IMG/VR virus record: IMGVR_UViG_3300042445_002020
Direction: 5' to 3' (one strand)
Length of the DNA: 64,000 nucleotides
DNA from: an uncultured virus (IMG/VR IMGVR_UViG_3300042445_002020)
Taxonomy: Duplodnaviria > Heunggongvirae > Uroviricota > Caudoviricetes
Shown here piece by piece: positions 21,289 to 31,891 of this stretch. Numbering within the stretch: the stretch's first letter is position 1; every line of letters starts with the position of its first letter. A program made the translations under genes and the position numbers. The notes under the pieces were generated by a model. That model saw only the letters and a program-made list of their open reading frames with translations, made no database searches and was not told the DNA's origin.

Positions 21289-22694
21289 TGAGTAAGGATA
21301 AAAAATTTAATAGTGCTGGAGATAAGGTAAGTGATACGTTTTGTATTATGCCTTGGACACATTTACACACGTGGCCAAACGGAAACGTATATCCATGTTG
21401 TTTGGCGGATTCAGACCATCCAGTGGGTAATTTAAAGAAGAACACATTGGAGGAGATATGGAATTCCAAAGATTTAAAGAAAATTAGAACTGAACTATTA
21501 AATGGAGAAAAACCCAATGTTTGTCATAGATGTTATATGCAAGAAGATATGGGTACACCATCATTTAGAGTTAGTTCAAATGATCAATGGCGACATCACA
21601 TTGATAATGCAATTGAAACAACATCGGAAGATGGGACCAGCAGTAATTTTAAATTAAATTATTGGGATTTTAGATTTTCAAATGTTTGTAATTTAAAATG
21701 TAGAATGTGTGGTCCCGAATTAAGTTCAAGTTGGTACGATGACCAAATTAATATGTTTGGAGAATCATCAACACCAAAAGCACTAATACATTGTAATGAT
21801 TTAGCACATGAAGACATTATGATATATGTTGATAGGTTCATTAATGACGTTGAGGAGATATATTTTGCAGGTGGAGAACCATTCATCATGGAAGAACATT
21901 ACATAATATTGGAGAAATTAATTAAAGCGGGGAACACGAAGTGTAGAATAAGATATAATACAAACTTTACATCTCTTAAATTTAAAAAATGGGATTTAAT
22001 TAAATTATGGAAACCATTTGTTAAATTTAATAAAGATAATGTTAGAGTTTTTGCTTCTTTGGATGCAATTGGAGAAGTTGCGGAATATGCTAGAAAAAAT
22101 ACTAAGTGGTCTGCAGTCGAAGGTAACATTAAAAGATTACATGAAAATAATATGAATGTGTGGACAAGTACCACCGTTAGTATTTTTAATTTATTTGAAT
22201 TACCCAAATTTGTTGAAAGAATGTCTGAGTTAGGAATCCCAATGAGTAAAATGCAGATGAATAATGTGTTGACATTTCCAGACTATTATTGTATCAATAT
22301 TTTACCAGACAAATTAAAAGAATATGCAATCACAATATTAGATAACCACATTAAATCTATAGAGGGTAACGAAGAATCAATACACATTAAAAATTATTAT
22401 GATGTAATTAAAAAATATCTTTACATGGAACCCCATAAATCAAAAGAAGAAATTAATAAAGATCTTATAAAATTTACTGAGATTAAGGATAAATGGAGAA
22501 ATGAAACGTTCGTGAATGTATTTCCATATTATAAAGAATGGTATGAATCTAAGGAAATAAAATCATTAAATGAAACGTTCCCAAATTATGTTGAATTTAT
22601 TAAACCACCAGATCCAACACCGACACCAACTCCAGAACTTAAAGAAATAAATTTAATACAAGAAAACAAAAAACCATGGCGAAAGTTGATTTAA
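21288..22694 (+). CDS. Radical SAM protein with N-terminal Twitch/SPASM-like domain
   Basis: FCIMPW...GNVYPCC...CHRC; CNLKCRMC; FAGGEP; Pro/Thr linker, then RKLI. Confidence 0.9.
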   Translation: MSKDKKFNSAGDKVSDTFCIMPWTHLHTWPNGNVYPCCLADSDHPVGNLKKNTLEEIWNSKDLKKIRTELLNGEKPNVCHRCYMQEDMGTPSFRVSSNDQWRHHIDNAIETTSEDGTSSNFKLNYWDFRFSNVCNLKCRMCGPELSSSWYDDQINMFGESSTPKALIHCNDLAHEDIMIYVDRFINDVEEIYFAGGEPFIMEEHYIILEKLIKAGNTKCRIRYNTNFTSLKFKKWDLIKLWKPFVKFNKDNVRVFASLDAIGEVAEYARKNTKWSAVEGNIKRLHENNMNVWTSTTVSIFNLFELPKFVERMSELGIPMSKMQMNNVLTFPDYYCINILPDKLKEYAITILDNHIKSIEGNEESIHIKNYYDVIKKYLYMEPHKSKEEINKDLIKFTEIKDKWRNETFVNVFPYYKEWYESKEIKSLNETFPNYVEFIKPPDPTPTPTPELKEINLIQENKKPWRKLI

Positions 22695-23743
22695 CAAAAT
22701 ATTATTGTGAACATCCATTTGTTTACACGGAATTTCACAGAAAATTCACACATGAAGGAATAAAAGAAACACAATTTTTATGTTGTCCCGATTGGAATGA
22801 CGTAGATATTCATGTTTCAGATAACCTAATGGATAACTGGGAGTCTGAACCGGCTAAAAGAGTTAGAGAAGGACATCTTAGTGGTAATTTTGTGGGATGT
22901 AATCCGATAAATTGTCCTGCGTATAATACATTATTAAACACAGGTAAACCAGCCGGTAACATTAGACCAATTAGTGAATTTGATGCTGAAAGATACAATC
23001 ATAAAGGACCAAGAAGAATTAAAATATGTTCTGACGATGCTTGTAATTTCCGTTGTCCAACTTGTCGAATTGATTTATATCCTAACACACCTGAAAAAAC
23101 CGAAAGAACTAACAAATTACTTGATAGTATTGCGGAATATTATGGACCAACATTAAAAGAAATTTATGTAAGCGGTGGAGGTGATCCTTTCTATAGTATA
23201 CCAATGAGAAACTTCCTAACCAATCTTAATGATAAAGATTTTCCGGCAATTGAAAGTGTTATTCTTCATACAAATGCATCGTTATGGACTGACAAAGTGT
23301 GGAGTCAAATGATTGGTATTCATCCATACGTTAGAATGGCGGAGATATCTATTGATGCGGCGACAAAAGACACGTATGAGAATAAAACAAGACTTGGAGG
23401 TAAGTGGGAAGTATTGATGGAGAATCTCGAATTCATTCGAACAATCGATACTATAGAAACAATTATTTTCTCATTTGTTGTTCAACAGAATAACTTTAGA
23501 GAAATGGAGGCGTTTGTTTTAATGATAGACGATTTATTTAAGGATTCAAAAATTAAAACTGTCATTCAACTCCAAAAAGTGGTTCAATGGCCGAGTATAT
23601 CGGATGAGAGATATGTGCAAATGAAAATATGGGAACCAACCAATCCAGAGTATAGTGATTTTGTAAAAGAATTGGTAAAAATTAAAAAATACAAAAACAT
23701 ATTACATAATCTAAACGAACACGACGAACAAAATTTGATATAA
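22676..23743 (+). CDS. Radical SAM protein
   Basis: CNFRCPTC, GGGDPF, HTNA, ISIDA; paralogue of 34067..35116. Confidence 0.9.
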   Translation: MAKVDLTKYYCEHPFVYTEFHRKFTHEGIKETQFLCCPDWNDVDIHVSDNLMDNWESEPAKRVREGHLSGNFVGCNPINCPAYNTLLNTGKPAGNIRPISEFDAERYNHKGPRRIKICSDDACNFRCPTCRIDLYPNTPEKTERTNKLLDSIAEYYGPTLKEIYVSGGGDPFYSIPMRNFLTNLNDKDFPAIESVILHTNASLWTDKVWSQMIGIHPYVRMAEISIDAATKDTYENKTRLGGKWEVLMENLEFIRTIDTIETIIFSFVVQQNNFREMEAFVLMIDDLFKDSKIKTVIQLQKVVQWPSISDERYVQMKIWEPTNPEYSDFVKELVKIKKYKNILHNLNEHDEQNLI

Positions 23744-24462
23744 TGAAAAAAATGTTATTAGCGGGATGTAGTCATTCTGCGGGTTTTGGTTTAGATGACA
23801 TTAATAAATCTTGGGGTAATATATTTGCTAAAAATAACAACCACACGTTAGTTAATGTATCCCAACCTGCAAGTTCATTACAATATGCAATTCAAAAAAT
23901 TGTTGATGAGATATCAAAAGAAGAATATACGACGATAATTCTACAATTAACCACATTTGACAGATATCCAATAACATATAATGGTGAAAATAGATTTCTA
24001 AACAATAACATAACCGATGTTGACACTTCAGTTGCGGATATTTTTCATTTAGTACCCGCCAATTATTTAGAGGCGGTAAATGGAGATAAAATGCCGTTAG
24101 ATAACGACGCAATTAGATTCTTTAATGAAAAAGTAATGCTCTCAACATTTTACCTAAACACCATTATGAATGAAATCTATTTGTTACAACAATTATTAAA
24201 ACATAAAGGAATTTATTTAATCTTAATCCCATATGACGATTATTTTTGGGGTGAGGAAAGTAACATGAGTATATGGAAATTTGAACAATCTAAAAAAATT
24301 GATAAAACTAATTACATAAAATATCCATTTATGAAATGGTTACGAGATAACTATAATCCAGATGATTATTACATGGATAAAGGATTTCATTTAAATGAGG
24401 CAGGACATAAACTTTTCGCTGAAGAATATCTACCAACTCTTCTTAACTCAAATCAATATTAA
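23743..24462 (+). CDS. SGNH/GDSL-hydrolase-like protein
   Basis: LAGCSHSAG block I and D..H(LNEAGH) block V. Confidence 0.7.
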   Translation: MKKMLLAGCSHSAGFGLDDINKSWGNIFAKNNNHTLVNVSQPASSLQYAIQKIVDEISKEEYTTIILQLTTFDRYPITYNGENRFLNNNITDVDTSVADIFHLVPANYLEAVNGDKMPLDNDAIRFFNEKVMLSTFYLNTIMNEIYLLQQLLKHKGIYLILIPYDDYFWGEESNMSIWKFEQSKKIDKTNYIKYPFMKWLRDNYNPDDYYMDKGFHLNEAGHKLFAEEYLPTLLNSNQY

Positions 24463-24463
24463 T

Positions 24464-25264
24464 ATGAAAGTAGTTTTTGGATTTACCCATGTTGTTAACC
24501 ACTACAAACCAATAAACGACAATTTTTTTAGGTTGGCTAAATTGTCCGTTAAATCGGCGAAGAAGTTTTATAAAACTAAAATATATTGCGATAACATATC
24601 CTTAAATCTTTTTAAGGAAAAGGGAATTACATTTGATGAGGTTATTATAATTGATGAGTTTATATTAAAATATACGGATAACTATGAGTATAATAGTAAT
24701 CAATATTCAATATCTAAAATATATGCTATGATGAATGAAACAGAACCATATATTTTGATGGATTTTGACGTGATATTGATGGAAAAATTGGAATCTACCC
24801 ACTCAATTACTTATGGACAACCAGAAGAGAAGTTTGATGGAGATCGTATAACTTTAAATCAATTGTTGTGGGCGTACGATGCTTATATAAACCCATTCAA
24901 TACCCATATGAAGAAATACTTTAATGATGAGGATATTAAGAATTTCAATTGGACAACGTTTCCATCTTTTTGTGTGATAATGGTTAAATTACCATATTTT
25001 GTAAGTACAATTTTTAAGGAAATAATGGATATAGTACCAAGAGAAGAAGTATATAAAATACCACCAACATTATTAGAACAATTCATATTTCACCAATATG
25101 TGTTAAAACATAATGTTGATTTTGGGTTTTTTATCCCACATATTTATAAAGATTATAGTACAAATTTTGAATCATTAGATTTGATATCACAAAAATTTTT
25201 ACACATAAATACGAATAAAAGAGACAGTAGAAAAAACATAGGCTATTTAGAAAATATTGTATGA
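24464..25264 (+). CDS. Putative glycosyltransferase-like protein
   Basis: SKIYA...EPYILMDFDV (DxD), LLEQ. Start moved to the ATG at 24464. Confidence 0.5.
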   Translation: MKVVFGFTHVVNHYKPINDNFFRLAKLSVKSAKKFYKTKIYCDNISLNLFKEKGITFDEVIIIDEFILKYTDNYEYNSNQYSISKIYAMMNETEPYILMDFDVILMEKLESTHSITYGQPEEKFDGDRITLNQLLWAYDAYINPFNTHMKKYFNDEDIKNFNWTTFPSFCVIMVKLPYFVSTIFKEIMDIVPREEVYKIPPTLLEQFIFHQYVLKHNVDFGFFIPHIYKDYSTNFESLDLISQKFLHINTNKRDSRKNIGYLENIV

Positions 25265-26928
25265 AATATATATTAGGGATATCGGCATTTTATCATGATT
25301 CATCGGCCTGTCTATTCAAAGACGGACAATTAATATATGCTTGCGAAGAAGAAAAATTCACAGGCATAAAACATGATAGTGAATTTCCCTTTAATAGTAT
25401 TGGATATATCGTAAAAAAATATAAACTATCAAAAGACAACATTGAGGCGGTTTGTTATTATGAAGACCCTAAATTAAAATTAGAGAGGGTCATTAATAAC
25501 ATAAAACCACAAATTTTTAAAAATACCATTTATTCTTTATCATCTTTCATTAAGATTAAAAGAAATACATATAAATTAAAGAAACTATTGTCTCAATATT
25601 CGGATAATGTTTTTTATTCAACACATCACGAATCACATCTTTATTATTCCTTCTATACATCAAATTTTGAAAACGCAATATGTCTTTCTATCGATGGTGT
25701 TGGTGAGGTTGACACAATGTCTTTAGGGTTAGGTGATAGAGTGGGTATTGATTATATATCAATGGCAAAATACCCACATTCAGTTGGGTTATTCTATTCC
25801 GCAATGACATCGTTTTTAGGGTTTAGACCCAATGAAGGAGAATATAAGGTAATGGGTTTAGCACCATACGGAAACCCCGATATCTATATCGATAAAGTTA
25901 GGAAACTCATTTCGTTTAAAAATAGTAAATTAACATGTAATATGGATGTATTTTGTTGGGATAAATCCAACAAAACAATGTTTAATGACCAACTATGTGA
26001 ACTACTTGAGATGGAACCTCGAGCAATGGATGGTGGATTGGAACCTCACCACAAAGATTTAGCGGCTGCAGTTCAAAAAAGATATGAAGAGATATTATTT
26101 GAAGTGATAAAATCAATATCGTTAATAAACGATAATAGGAATCTTTGTTTAGGTGGAGGATGTGCGTACAATGGAACGGCAAACGGTAAGATTGTAAGAA
26201 ATTCACATTTTAATAATTTATGGATACCTCCCGCACCATCAGATGCCGGATCGGCAATTGGTGCATGTATACACTACTTAGTTAAAAATCGTAAATTAAT
26301 TGGTCGAGTAAATAAATCACCATTTATAGGTCCACATTTTCTTCATAACGATATTTTAGAGGCGATTAAAGGTAAACGATATATTAAATTTAATTTGGAG
26401 GATTCCTTATTACGTAATGTGGCTAAAAAATTAAAAGAGGGTAAAGTAATAGGATGGTACAACGGTTATTGTGAATTTGGGTCCAGGGCTTTAGGAAACA
26501 GGTCAATTTTAGCTGATCCCACTATAGATGGTATGAAAGATAGGATTAATAAATTAATCAAAAAAAGAGAGGGTTTTAGACCATTTGCCCCAATGGTAAT
26601 AAAAGATAAACAACATCTATTTTTTGACGTTACAGATGATGTACCATATATGAATCAAGTTGTACAGGTTAAACCTGAATATAGGGATAAATTACCCGCA
26701 GTTACACACGTCGACGGTAGTGCTAGAATACAAACCGTTTACAAACACACGTTAATATATAAACTATTAGTTAAATTTGAAGAACTATCGGGATACCCTA
26801 TTTTACTTAATACGTCATTTAATGTTAAAGATAAAACTATGGTCCTAACACCAAAAGATGCGGTTGATACGTTTTTTAAAACAGACATGGATTTACTTGT
26901 TATGGGTAATTATTTAATATATAAATAA
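25261..26928 (+). CDS. O-carbamoyltransferase (NodU/CmcH/TobZ family)
   Basis: ILGISAFYHDS, HHESH, DGVGE, GEYKVMGLAPYG, EFGSRALGNRSILA, FRPFAP, THVDGSARIQ, LLNTSFN. Confidence 0.95.
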   Translation: MKYILGISAFYHDSSACLFKDGQLIYACEEEKFTGIKHDSEFPFNSIGYIVKKYKLSKDNIEAVCYYEDPKLKLERVINNIKPQIFKNTIYSLSSFIKIKRNTYKLKKLLSQYSDNVFYSTHHESHLYYSFYTSNFENAICLSIDGVGEVDTMSLGLGDRVGIDYISMAKYPHSVGLFYSAMTSFLGFRPNEGEYKVMGLAPYGNPDIYIDKVRKLISFKNSKLTCNMDVFCWDKSNKTMFNDQLCELLEMEPRAMDGGLEPHHKDLAAAVQKRYEEILFEVIKSISLINDNRNLCLGGGCAYNGTANGKIVRNSHFNNLWIPPAPSDAGSAIGACIHYLVKNRKLIGRVNKSPFIGPHFLHNDILEAIKGKRYIKFNLEDSLLRNVAKKLKEGKVIGWYNGYCEFGSRALGNRSILADPTIDGMKDRINKLIKKREGFRPFAPMVIKDKQHLFFDVTDDVPYMNQVVQVKPEYRDKLPAVTHVDGSARIQTVYKHTLIYKLLVKFEELSGYPILLNTSFNVKDKTMVLTPKDAVDTFFKTDMDLLVMGNYLIYK

Positions 26929-26929
26929 T

Positions 26930-27046
26930 ATGAAAAAACTATTGAATTGGATTAAATCAAAAATTGAGGATTATAAACGTAAAAAACGTTTTAAGAAGAA
27001 ATTAGAAGAATTACGTAAAAAAGACCCATTTATTTACAATCATTAA
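26930..27046 (+). CDS. Small basic 38-aa protein ending DPFIYNH (not in the ORF track)
   Basis: MKKLLNWIKSKIEDYKRKKRFKKKLEELRKKDPFIYNH; starts 1 nt after the carbamoyltransferase stop. Confidence 0.65.
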   Translation: MKKLLNWIKSKIEDYKRKKRFKKKLEELRKKDPFIYNH

Positions 27047-27071
27047 TATGATAAAAATCATTTAAATATAT

Positions 27072-27100
27072 TTGATATTTTCAAATATATTGATTATATT
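27072..27100 (+). promoter_or_regulatory. Sigma70-like promoter TTGATA-17-TATATT
   Basis: Same architecture as at 47653 and 52540. The -10 ends 7 nt before ATG 27108. Confidence 0.5.
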
Positions 27101-27107
27101 AATGGTA

Positions 27108-27542
27108 ATGATATATTGGTTAACTGGTCAGCCTGGTGCCGGAAAAACAACCTTGGCAAAATACTTAGTGGAATACTTTCCGAAAGATGAGGTTACCCAC
27201 ATCGATGGAGATGACCTAAGGGACATCTTTAAAAACAAGGACTATTCCATTACAGGAAGAAGATTAAACATCCAAAGAGCACAATACATTGCACAATTCA
27301 TGCATAGTAAAGGACATAATGTTATTGTATCCCTAGTTTCACCATATAGAGACCAAAGAGAGGCTTTTAAATTCAGCACATCGGTTGTTGAGATTTATGT
27401 ACACACTACAGAGGATAGAGGTAGGAATCAATTCCACGTTGAGGAATATGAACCACCATTAGAAAATTTTATAGATATAGACACAACAATAAAAAACGAA
27501 ACAGATTCATATTATGAACTGTTAAAAAAATTATCATTATGA
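27108..27542 (+). CDS. cysC: Adenylyl-sulfate (APS) kinase
   Basis: WLTGQPGAGKTT P-loop, IDGDDLR, GRRLNI, VSLVSPY, YEPP. Confidence 0.85.
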   Translation: MIYWLTGQPGAGKTTLAKYLVEYFPKDEVTHIDGDDLRDIFKNKDYSITGRRLNIQRAQYIAQFMHSKGHNVIVSLVSPYRDQREAFKFSTSVVEIYVHTTEDRGRNQFHVEEYEPPLENFIDIDTTIKNETDSYYELLKKLSL

Positions 27543-27919
27543 GTAAAAAATACGCAATGTACATCGGAAGATGGCAGAACTGGCATAAGGGGCATGAATG
27601 GTTAATCAATCAACAACTTGATAAGGGTAAGGACATTTGGTTGGCAATCAGGAATGTCCCAATTGATGAAAATAACCCAAAAAGTGCACAAGAGGTTATG
27701 ATGGAATTAGTTGACACCCAATTTTTTAAAGATAATTCACATAAGATTCAAATATCTATTATTCCTGATATTGAATCTGTTAATTATGGTAGAGGTGTTG
27801 GGTACGATGTTATATATCATGAACCTCCCGCTGATGTGGCGGTTATTAGTGGAACGGCTATTAGAACCGGACATATGACGCCAGATGGTACAATAACATA
27901 TGACCAAACTAAAGGATAA
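27539..27919 (+). CDS. HIGH-class nucleotidyltransferase (cytidyltransferase-like)
   Basis: IGRWQNWHKGH, YGRGVGY, ISGTAIR. Confidence 0.75.
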   Translation: MSKKYAMYIGRWQNWHKGHEWLINQQLDKGKDIWLAIRNVPIDENNPKSAQEVMMELVDTQFFKDNSHKIQISIIPDIESVNYGRGVGYDVIYHEPPADVAVISGTAIRTGHMTPDGTITYDQTKG

Positions 27920-28578
27920 TGAAAATTTGTATAATGGCCACTGGTAGGTGTGGATCCGGATCACTTTTTAATTGTATAGACAAACATTTACCTAAGTTTT
28001 ATTATTCTATGAATGAACCATTTCATAAATTAAACAAAATGATAGATGTAAATGGTATCTTTTTAGAATTAAATAAAAAGAAAAATGTGTTTATCAAAAC
28101 ATTAATTGGACAAGGAACCGAAAGATTCACCATAAAGGATAGTGAACTTATACAAACTGATATTAATGAAAAGATAGAATTTAACAATTGGTTTTATAAC
28201 ACTTTTGATAAAATAATTCTATTGGATAGAAGAGAAGAGAGATTGCAAATTGAAAGTATGGCATATCATGATTATTTAAATAATGACCTTGTTTGGAGCA
28301 AAAAAAAATATTACGAAATAAATAAAATACCACCAACATTATTAGAACACACTAAAAAAACATTAGAGTACACTAAAAATGATTTGAAAAATTTTGGTTT
28401 AAAACACAATATAAAAACATATTATTACGAAGATATTTTCATTGATAAAAATATGGATATCATTAATGAGATTTTTGATTACATTGGAATTGTACCAAAC
28501 AAAGAGGTTATTGAAACCTATATTTTATCGGAAGAATTTAAAGTTAGGTTAGATAAAAGACGTAATAAAATACTATGA
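27919..28578 (+). CDS. Sulfotransferase-like protein
   Basis: ATGRCGSGSL (5'-PSB-like loop), NEPF, IILLDR, YYED. Confidence 0.6.
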   Translation: MKICIMATGRCGSGSLFNCIDKHLPKFYYSMNEPFHKLNKMIDVNGIFLELNKKKNVFIKTLIGQGTERFTIKDSELIQTDINEKIEFNNWFYNTFDKIILLDRREERLQIESMAYHDYLNNDLVWSKKKYYEINKIPPTLLEHTKKTLEYTKNDLKNFGLKHNIKTYYYEDIFIDKNMDIINEIFDYIGIVPNKEVIETYILSEEFKVRLDKRRNKIL

Positions 28579-28784
28579 TTGTAGAAAGAAAAAGACACAT
28601 CGCTAAAACCATATCATATCGAATTGTGAGTACCTTGGTTGGTTTCATAATAATGTGGTGGATAAGTGGCTCAATTAAAGTTGGAGTGGCTTTTGGTGTT
28701 GCTGAGTTAGTATATAAACCCATTCAATATTACATCCACGAAAGAGTGTGGTATAGATGGATTAAGTATGGATTAAAAAAATAA
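28575..28784 (+). CDS. DUF2061-like small membrane protein
   Basis: RHIAKTISYRIVST...YYIHERVW. Confidence 0.8.
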   Translation: MIVERKRHIAKTISYRIVSTLVGFIIMWWISGSIKVGVAFGVAELVYKPIQYYIHERVWYRWIKYGLKK

Positions 28785-28790
28785 GATAGT

Positions 28791-29354
28791 ATGATTGACA
28801 ACATAGACATATTTGAAAATTTCTTATCACCTGAAGAGTGTGATTCTATTTTAAATAAATGTAAAGAAGAATTAACATTATCAGATGCTAAAGTATATCA
28901 CGACGATTCTAATAATACACCCACTAAGAAAACTAGAAAATCATCAATCGGTTGGATATCCGATTTAGGGTTTTTAAATGAAAGATTAACAAATAAATTA
29001 ATAGAAACCTTCAATATAAATGGTATGGAAGTTACTGGTCTTGGGGATTTTCAATTTACTGAATATAAAGAAGGTGAATATTTTGATTGGCACACCGATA
29101 GTACCGATACCATATATAGAGACAGGTTTACATCAATAGTAATTCAATTAAACGACACATACGAAGGCGGCATATTAGAAATTAAAAATATTAAAAATGA
29201 ATTAGCGCTAATAGAAAATAAAATTGGAACATTGTATATTTTTAATTCAAGATTACTTCATAGAGTAACCCCAATAGTGAAAGGGATTAGGTATTCATTA
29301 GTAAATTGGGTTTCATTAGTTAAAACAAATTTAGGTAAACAAAATTTAATATAG
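28791..29354 (+). CDS. 2OG-Fe(II) oxygenase (prolyl-hydroxylase-like)
   Basis: FLSPEEC, FDWHTD, YEGG, HRVTP...RYSLV. Confidence 0.9.
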   Translation: MIDNIDIFENFLSPEECDSILNKCKEELTLSDAKVYHDDSNNTPTKKTRKSSIGWISDLGFLNERLTNKLIETFNINGMEVTGLGDFQFTEYKEGEYFDWHTDSTDTIYRDRFTSIVIQLNDTYEGGILEIKNIKNELALIENKIGTLYIFNSRLLHRVTPIVKGIRYSLVNWVSLVKTNLGKQNLI

Positions 29355-29355
29355 T

Positions 29356-29871
29356 ATGATTTCAATCGATAATAATAGTAAAATCTTAAATGATGATGAT
29401 ATGGAATTTTTACAAAAAAAATGTAATAATTTTATTTCATCCCAATCACCAACATTAGAGAAAGATAACATAAATTTTTATTTTAGACAATATATAGATA
29501 TAAAAGACTCCTTAATACATAATATTGTTATGGGATTGGAATCTTACATGAAAACTAAATTATATACTAATTTAGAATTAAAATCAATGTGGATTAATAA
29601 AATTGATATTAACTCTAATAAAGATGATAATTTTCATAAAGATATCTCGCCGTATTCATTAATATTATATTTAAATGATGATTATATAGGAGGAGAGTTA
29701 GAATACATTAATGATACTAATAATAGAATTAAAATTATTCCAGAAAAAAATTTAGCGGTTATTATGGATAATCAGTTAAAACATAGAGTACTACCCATTA
29801 CTAGTGGAGTAAGATATAGTTTGGTGGCTTTTTTTGGTTTTATAGATAAACAAACTAAAAGTATAATTTAA
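29356..29871 (+). CDS. 2OG-Fe(II) oxygenase
   Basis: HKD, LYLNDDYIGG, HRVLP...RYSLV. Confidence 0.85.
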   Translation: MISIDNNSKILNDDDMEFLQKKCNNFISSQSPTLEKDNINFYFRQYIDIKDSLIHNIVMGLESYMKTKLYTNLELKSMWINKIDINSNKDDNFHKDISPYSLILYLNDDYIGGELEYINDTNNRIKIIPEKNLAVIMDNQLKHRVLPITSGVRYSLVAFFGFIDKQTKSII

Positions 29872-29874
29872 AGT

Positions 29875-30513
29875 ATGGAAAAAATATATTTTGATGAAAC
29901 CACATACGTTTGGAAAACTAAACTAAATCGTATAAGTGATAAACAATCGTTTTTAAAAGAAGCATACTCTCTTATAGAATCCCAACCTAAAGTTAAATCA
30001 GATGGATTTGGATATAAAAGAGTATGGAACGAACATTTAAATTTTATTGGTAATATTAAGGTTGAAACAAAATTAGACCAGATTTTTCAAATCGGTATTA
30101 ATAAATGTAAAGAAATTTATAATGAAAAAAATATAAATTACAATAAAATTAATGCAGAATCTTGGATTAATGTTGTTCGATCAAAAAATCCAGTACAAGA
30201 CAATTTTTACAATGGTAAAAAATATCATACACATACCGAAATTAATAAAGGAAACGAACAATTTATTCCGCACTATACATATGTTTATTATATTCAAATG
30301 CCAGATGTAATGAATGGTGATGATGGTGTATTATATTTTAAAGGACAAAATAGTAAGGAATATTGGATAAGGCCGGAAGAAGATGATTTGATAATAATGG
30401 AAGGAGATATACCACACTCACCAAATAGTGCCCCTAATTCAACTATCGATAGAATCGTTATGGCGGGAAATGTTGGGTTTGATTTTATTAAGAAGGAAAA
30501 ATCGTTAATATAA
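29875..30513 (+). CDS. Putative 2OG-Fe(II) oxygenase-like protein
   Basis: SWIN, HTH, YVYYIQMP, PH, RIVMAGN. Confidence 0.65.
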   Translation: MEKIYFDETTYVWKTKLNRISDKQSFLKEAYSLIESQPKVKSDGFGYKRVWNEHLNFIGNIKVETKLDQIFQIGINKCKEIYNEKNINYNKINAESWINVVRSKNPVQDNFYNGKKYHTHTEINKGNEQFIPHYTYVYYIQMPDVMNGDDGVLYFKGQNSKEYWIRPEEDDLIIMEGDIPHSPNSAPNSTIDRIVMAGNVGFDFIKKEKSLI

Positions 30514-31274
30514 TGTTAGTGGATAATAATTTTATATATGTGAATTTACCAAGATGTGGATCAACCTCATTTCACTATTCATGTATATTACACGATTTAG
30601 AAATAAAAAGTCTAAATCCGGAATGGGGAAAAATAAACTCTAAAATTAATTTTAAAAATATAGATGAAAAACATATAATGCATTTAATTACACATGGACA
30701 TGAGGAGTTACAATTGCTTAGAGAAAAGTTTGGATTTCAATATCCCGTAATTGCTGTTAAAAGGGATAGACACGATACTTTTTATTCATTATATAAACAT
30801 ATTCTTTTTGATTTGAAAAGGGCTAACGCACACAAGGTTTATGATTTTTTTAAAAATATAAGTTTAGATGAATTATTTTTTTTTAAAACAAAAGATTTAT
30901 ACTCTAATGAGAATAGACTTAACATAATAAACGATTTTTTATTAAAAAACGAATTTATTAAAAATCCTGCTAGGCCATCTAAACTTATAGACTTATATTC
31001 CGAAGAATATATAGTAAACGTAATTAATATATTAATAACCCCATCATCATATTGGCACAATCACAATAAGGACATTATTTGGTTTGACATTAAAGAATTA
31101 AATCTTATGGAAAAATGGGTTTCAGATAAAATTGGAAAAGAATTTAAGTTAAAACAAGTTAATTCTAGTCAACATATGGAGTGCTCTTTAAAATTAAACC
31201 AAAATTTCAAAGAAAGATACAATAGTATATATGATTTCTACGATACACCAAAAACTAATAAGACACTAATATGA
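30513..31274 (+). CDS. Sulfotransferase family 2-like protein
   Basis: FIYVNLPRCGSTS, AVKRD...FYSLY, VNSS. Confidence 0.65.
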   Translation: MLVDNNFIYVNLPRCGSTSFHYSCILHDLEIKSLNPEWGKINSKINFKNIDEKHIMHLITHGHEELQLLREKFGFQYPVIAVKRDRHDTFYSLYKHILFDLKRANAHKVYDFFKNISLDELFFFKTKDLYSNENRLNIINDFLLKNEFIKNPARPSKLIDLYSEEYIVNVINILITPSSYWHNHNKDIIWFDIKELNLMEKWVSDKIGKEFKLKQVNSSQHMECSLKLNQNFKERYNSIYDFYDTPKTNKTLI

Positions 31275-31891
31275 TAAAAAATTACTATATATTTGATGAT
31301 ATAATATCAACTGAAGAACAAAAAATTATAAACGATTATGTAAATCGTTCTAATATAGAATGGGTATCAATCAAAAATGTCACTGGTGAATACGGAGGAA
31401 AAAAAGAAACACGCAAATTTCCAGCAAAAGTTCATCCAAAACTCAAATGTAAAGACAAAGAAATTAATCGTATAATTGATGGTATAGAATTGGTTGTTAC
31501 AAAAAAACTAAATTTAGAATTTATTAAAAATTATAGATGGAAAATTAATTGGACTTCACCAATTGGTGAGTATAATCCTATGGATTTACTACATTACGAT
31601 GATGCTACCGAACACATTGCTATGGTTTATTATATTAACAATTCAACCGGAGATACCTGCATTTATAATAATACTAATGGAAATAACGCCGAAACATTTC
31701 AAAAAAATTTTAATAATGTAGATTATGACTCATACTCTCTATTGGGTAGTGTATCTCCTAAAATGGGTAGATGTCTTGTATTTGATGGAAAATTAGCACA
31801 TCTTGGAAATTATCCATCAAATGGAGATAGGTTTATTATAAATTTTAATTTTGTAGCAAAATTAAAAAACTCACGAAACTCATTGATATAA
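31271..31891 (+). CDS. 2OG-Fe(II) oxygenase-like protein
   Basis: HYD, VYYINNSTGDT, PKMGRCLVFDG..H...RFIINFN. Confidence 0.75.
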   Translation: MIKNYYIFDDIISTEEQKIINDYVNRSNIEWVSIKNVTGEYGGKKETRKFPAKVHPKLKCKDKEINRIIDGIELVVTKKLNLEFIKNYRWKINWTSPIGEYNPMDLLHYDDATEHIAMVYYINNSTGDTCIYNNTNGNNAETFQKNFNNVDYDSYSLLGSVSPKMGRCLVFDGKLAHLGNYPSNGDRFIINFNFVAKLKNSRNSLI

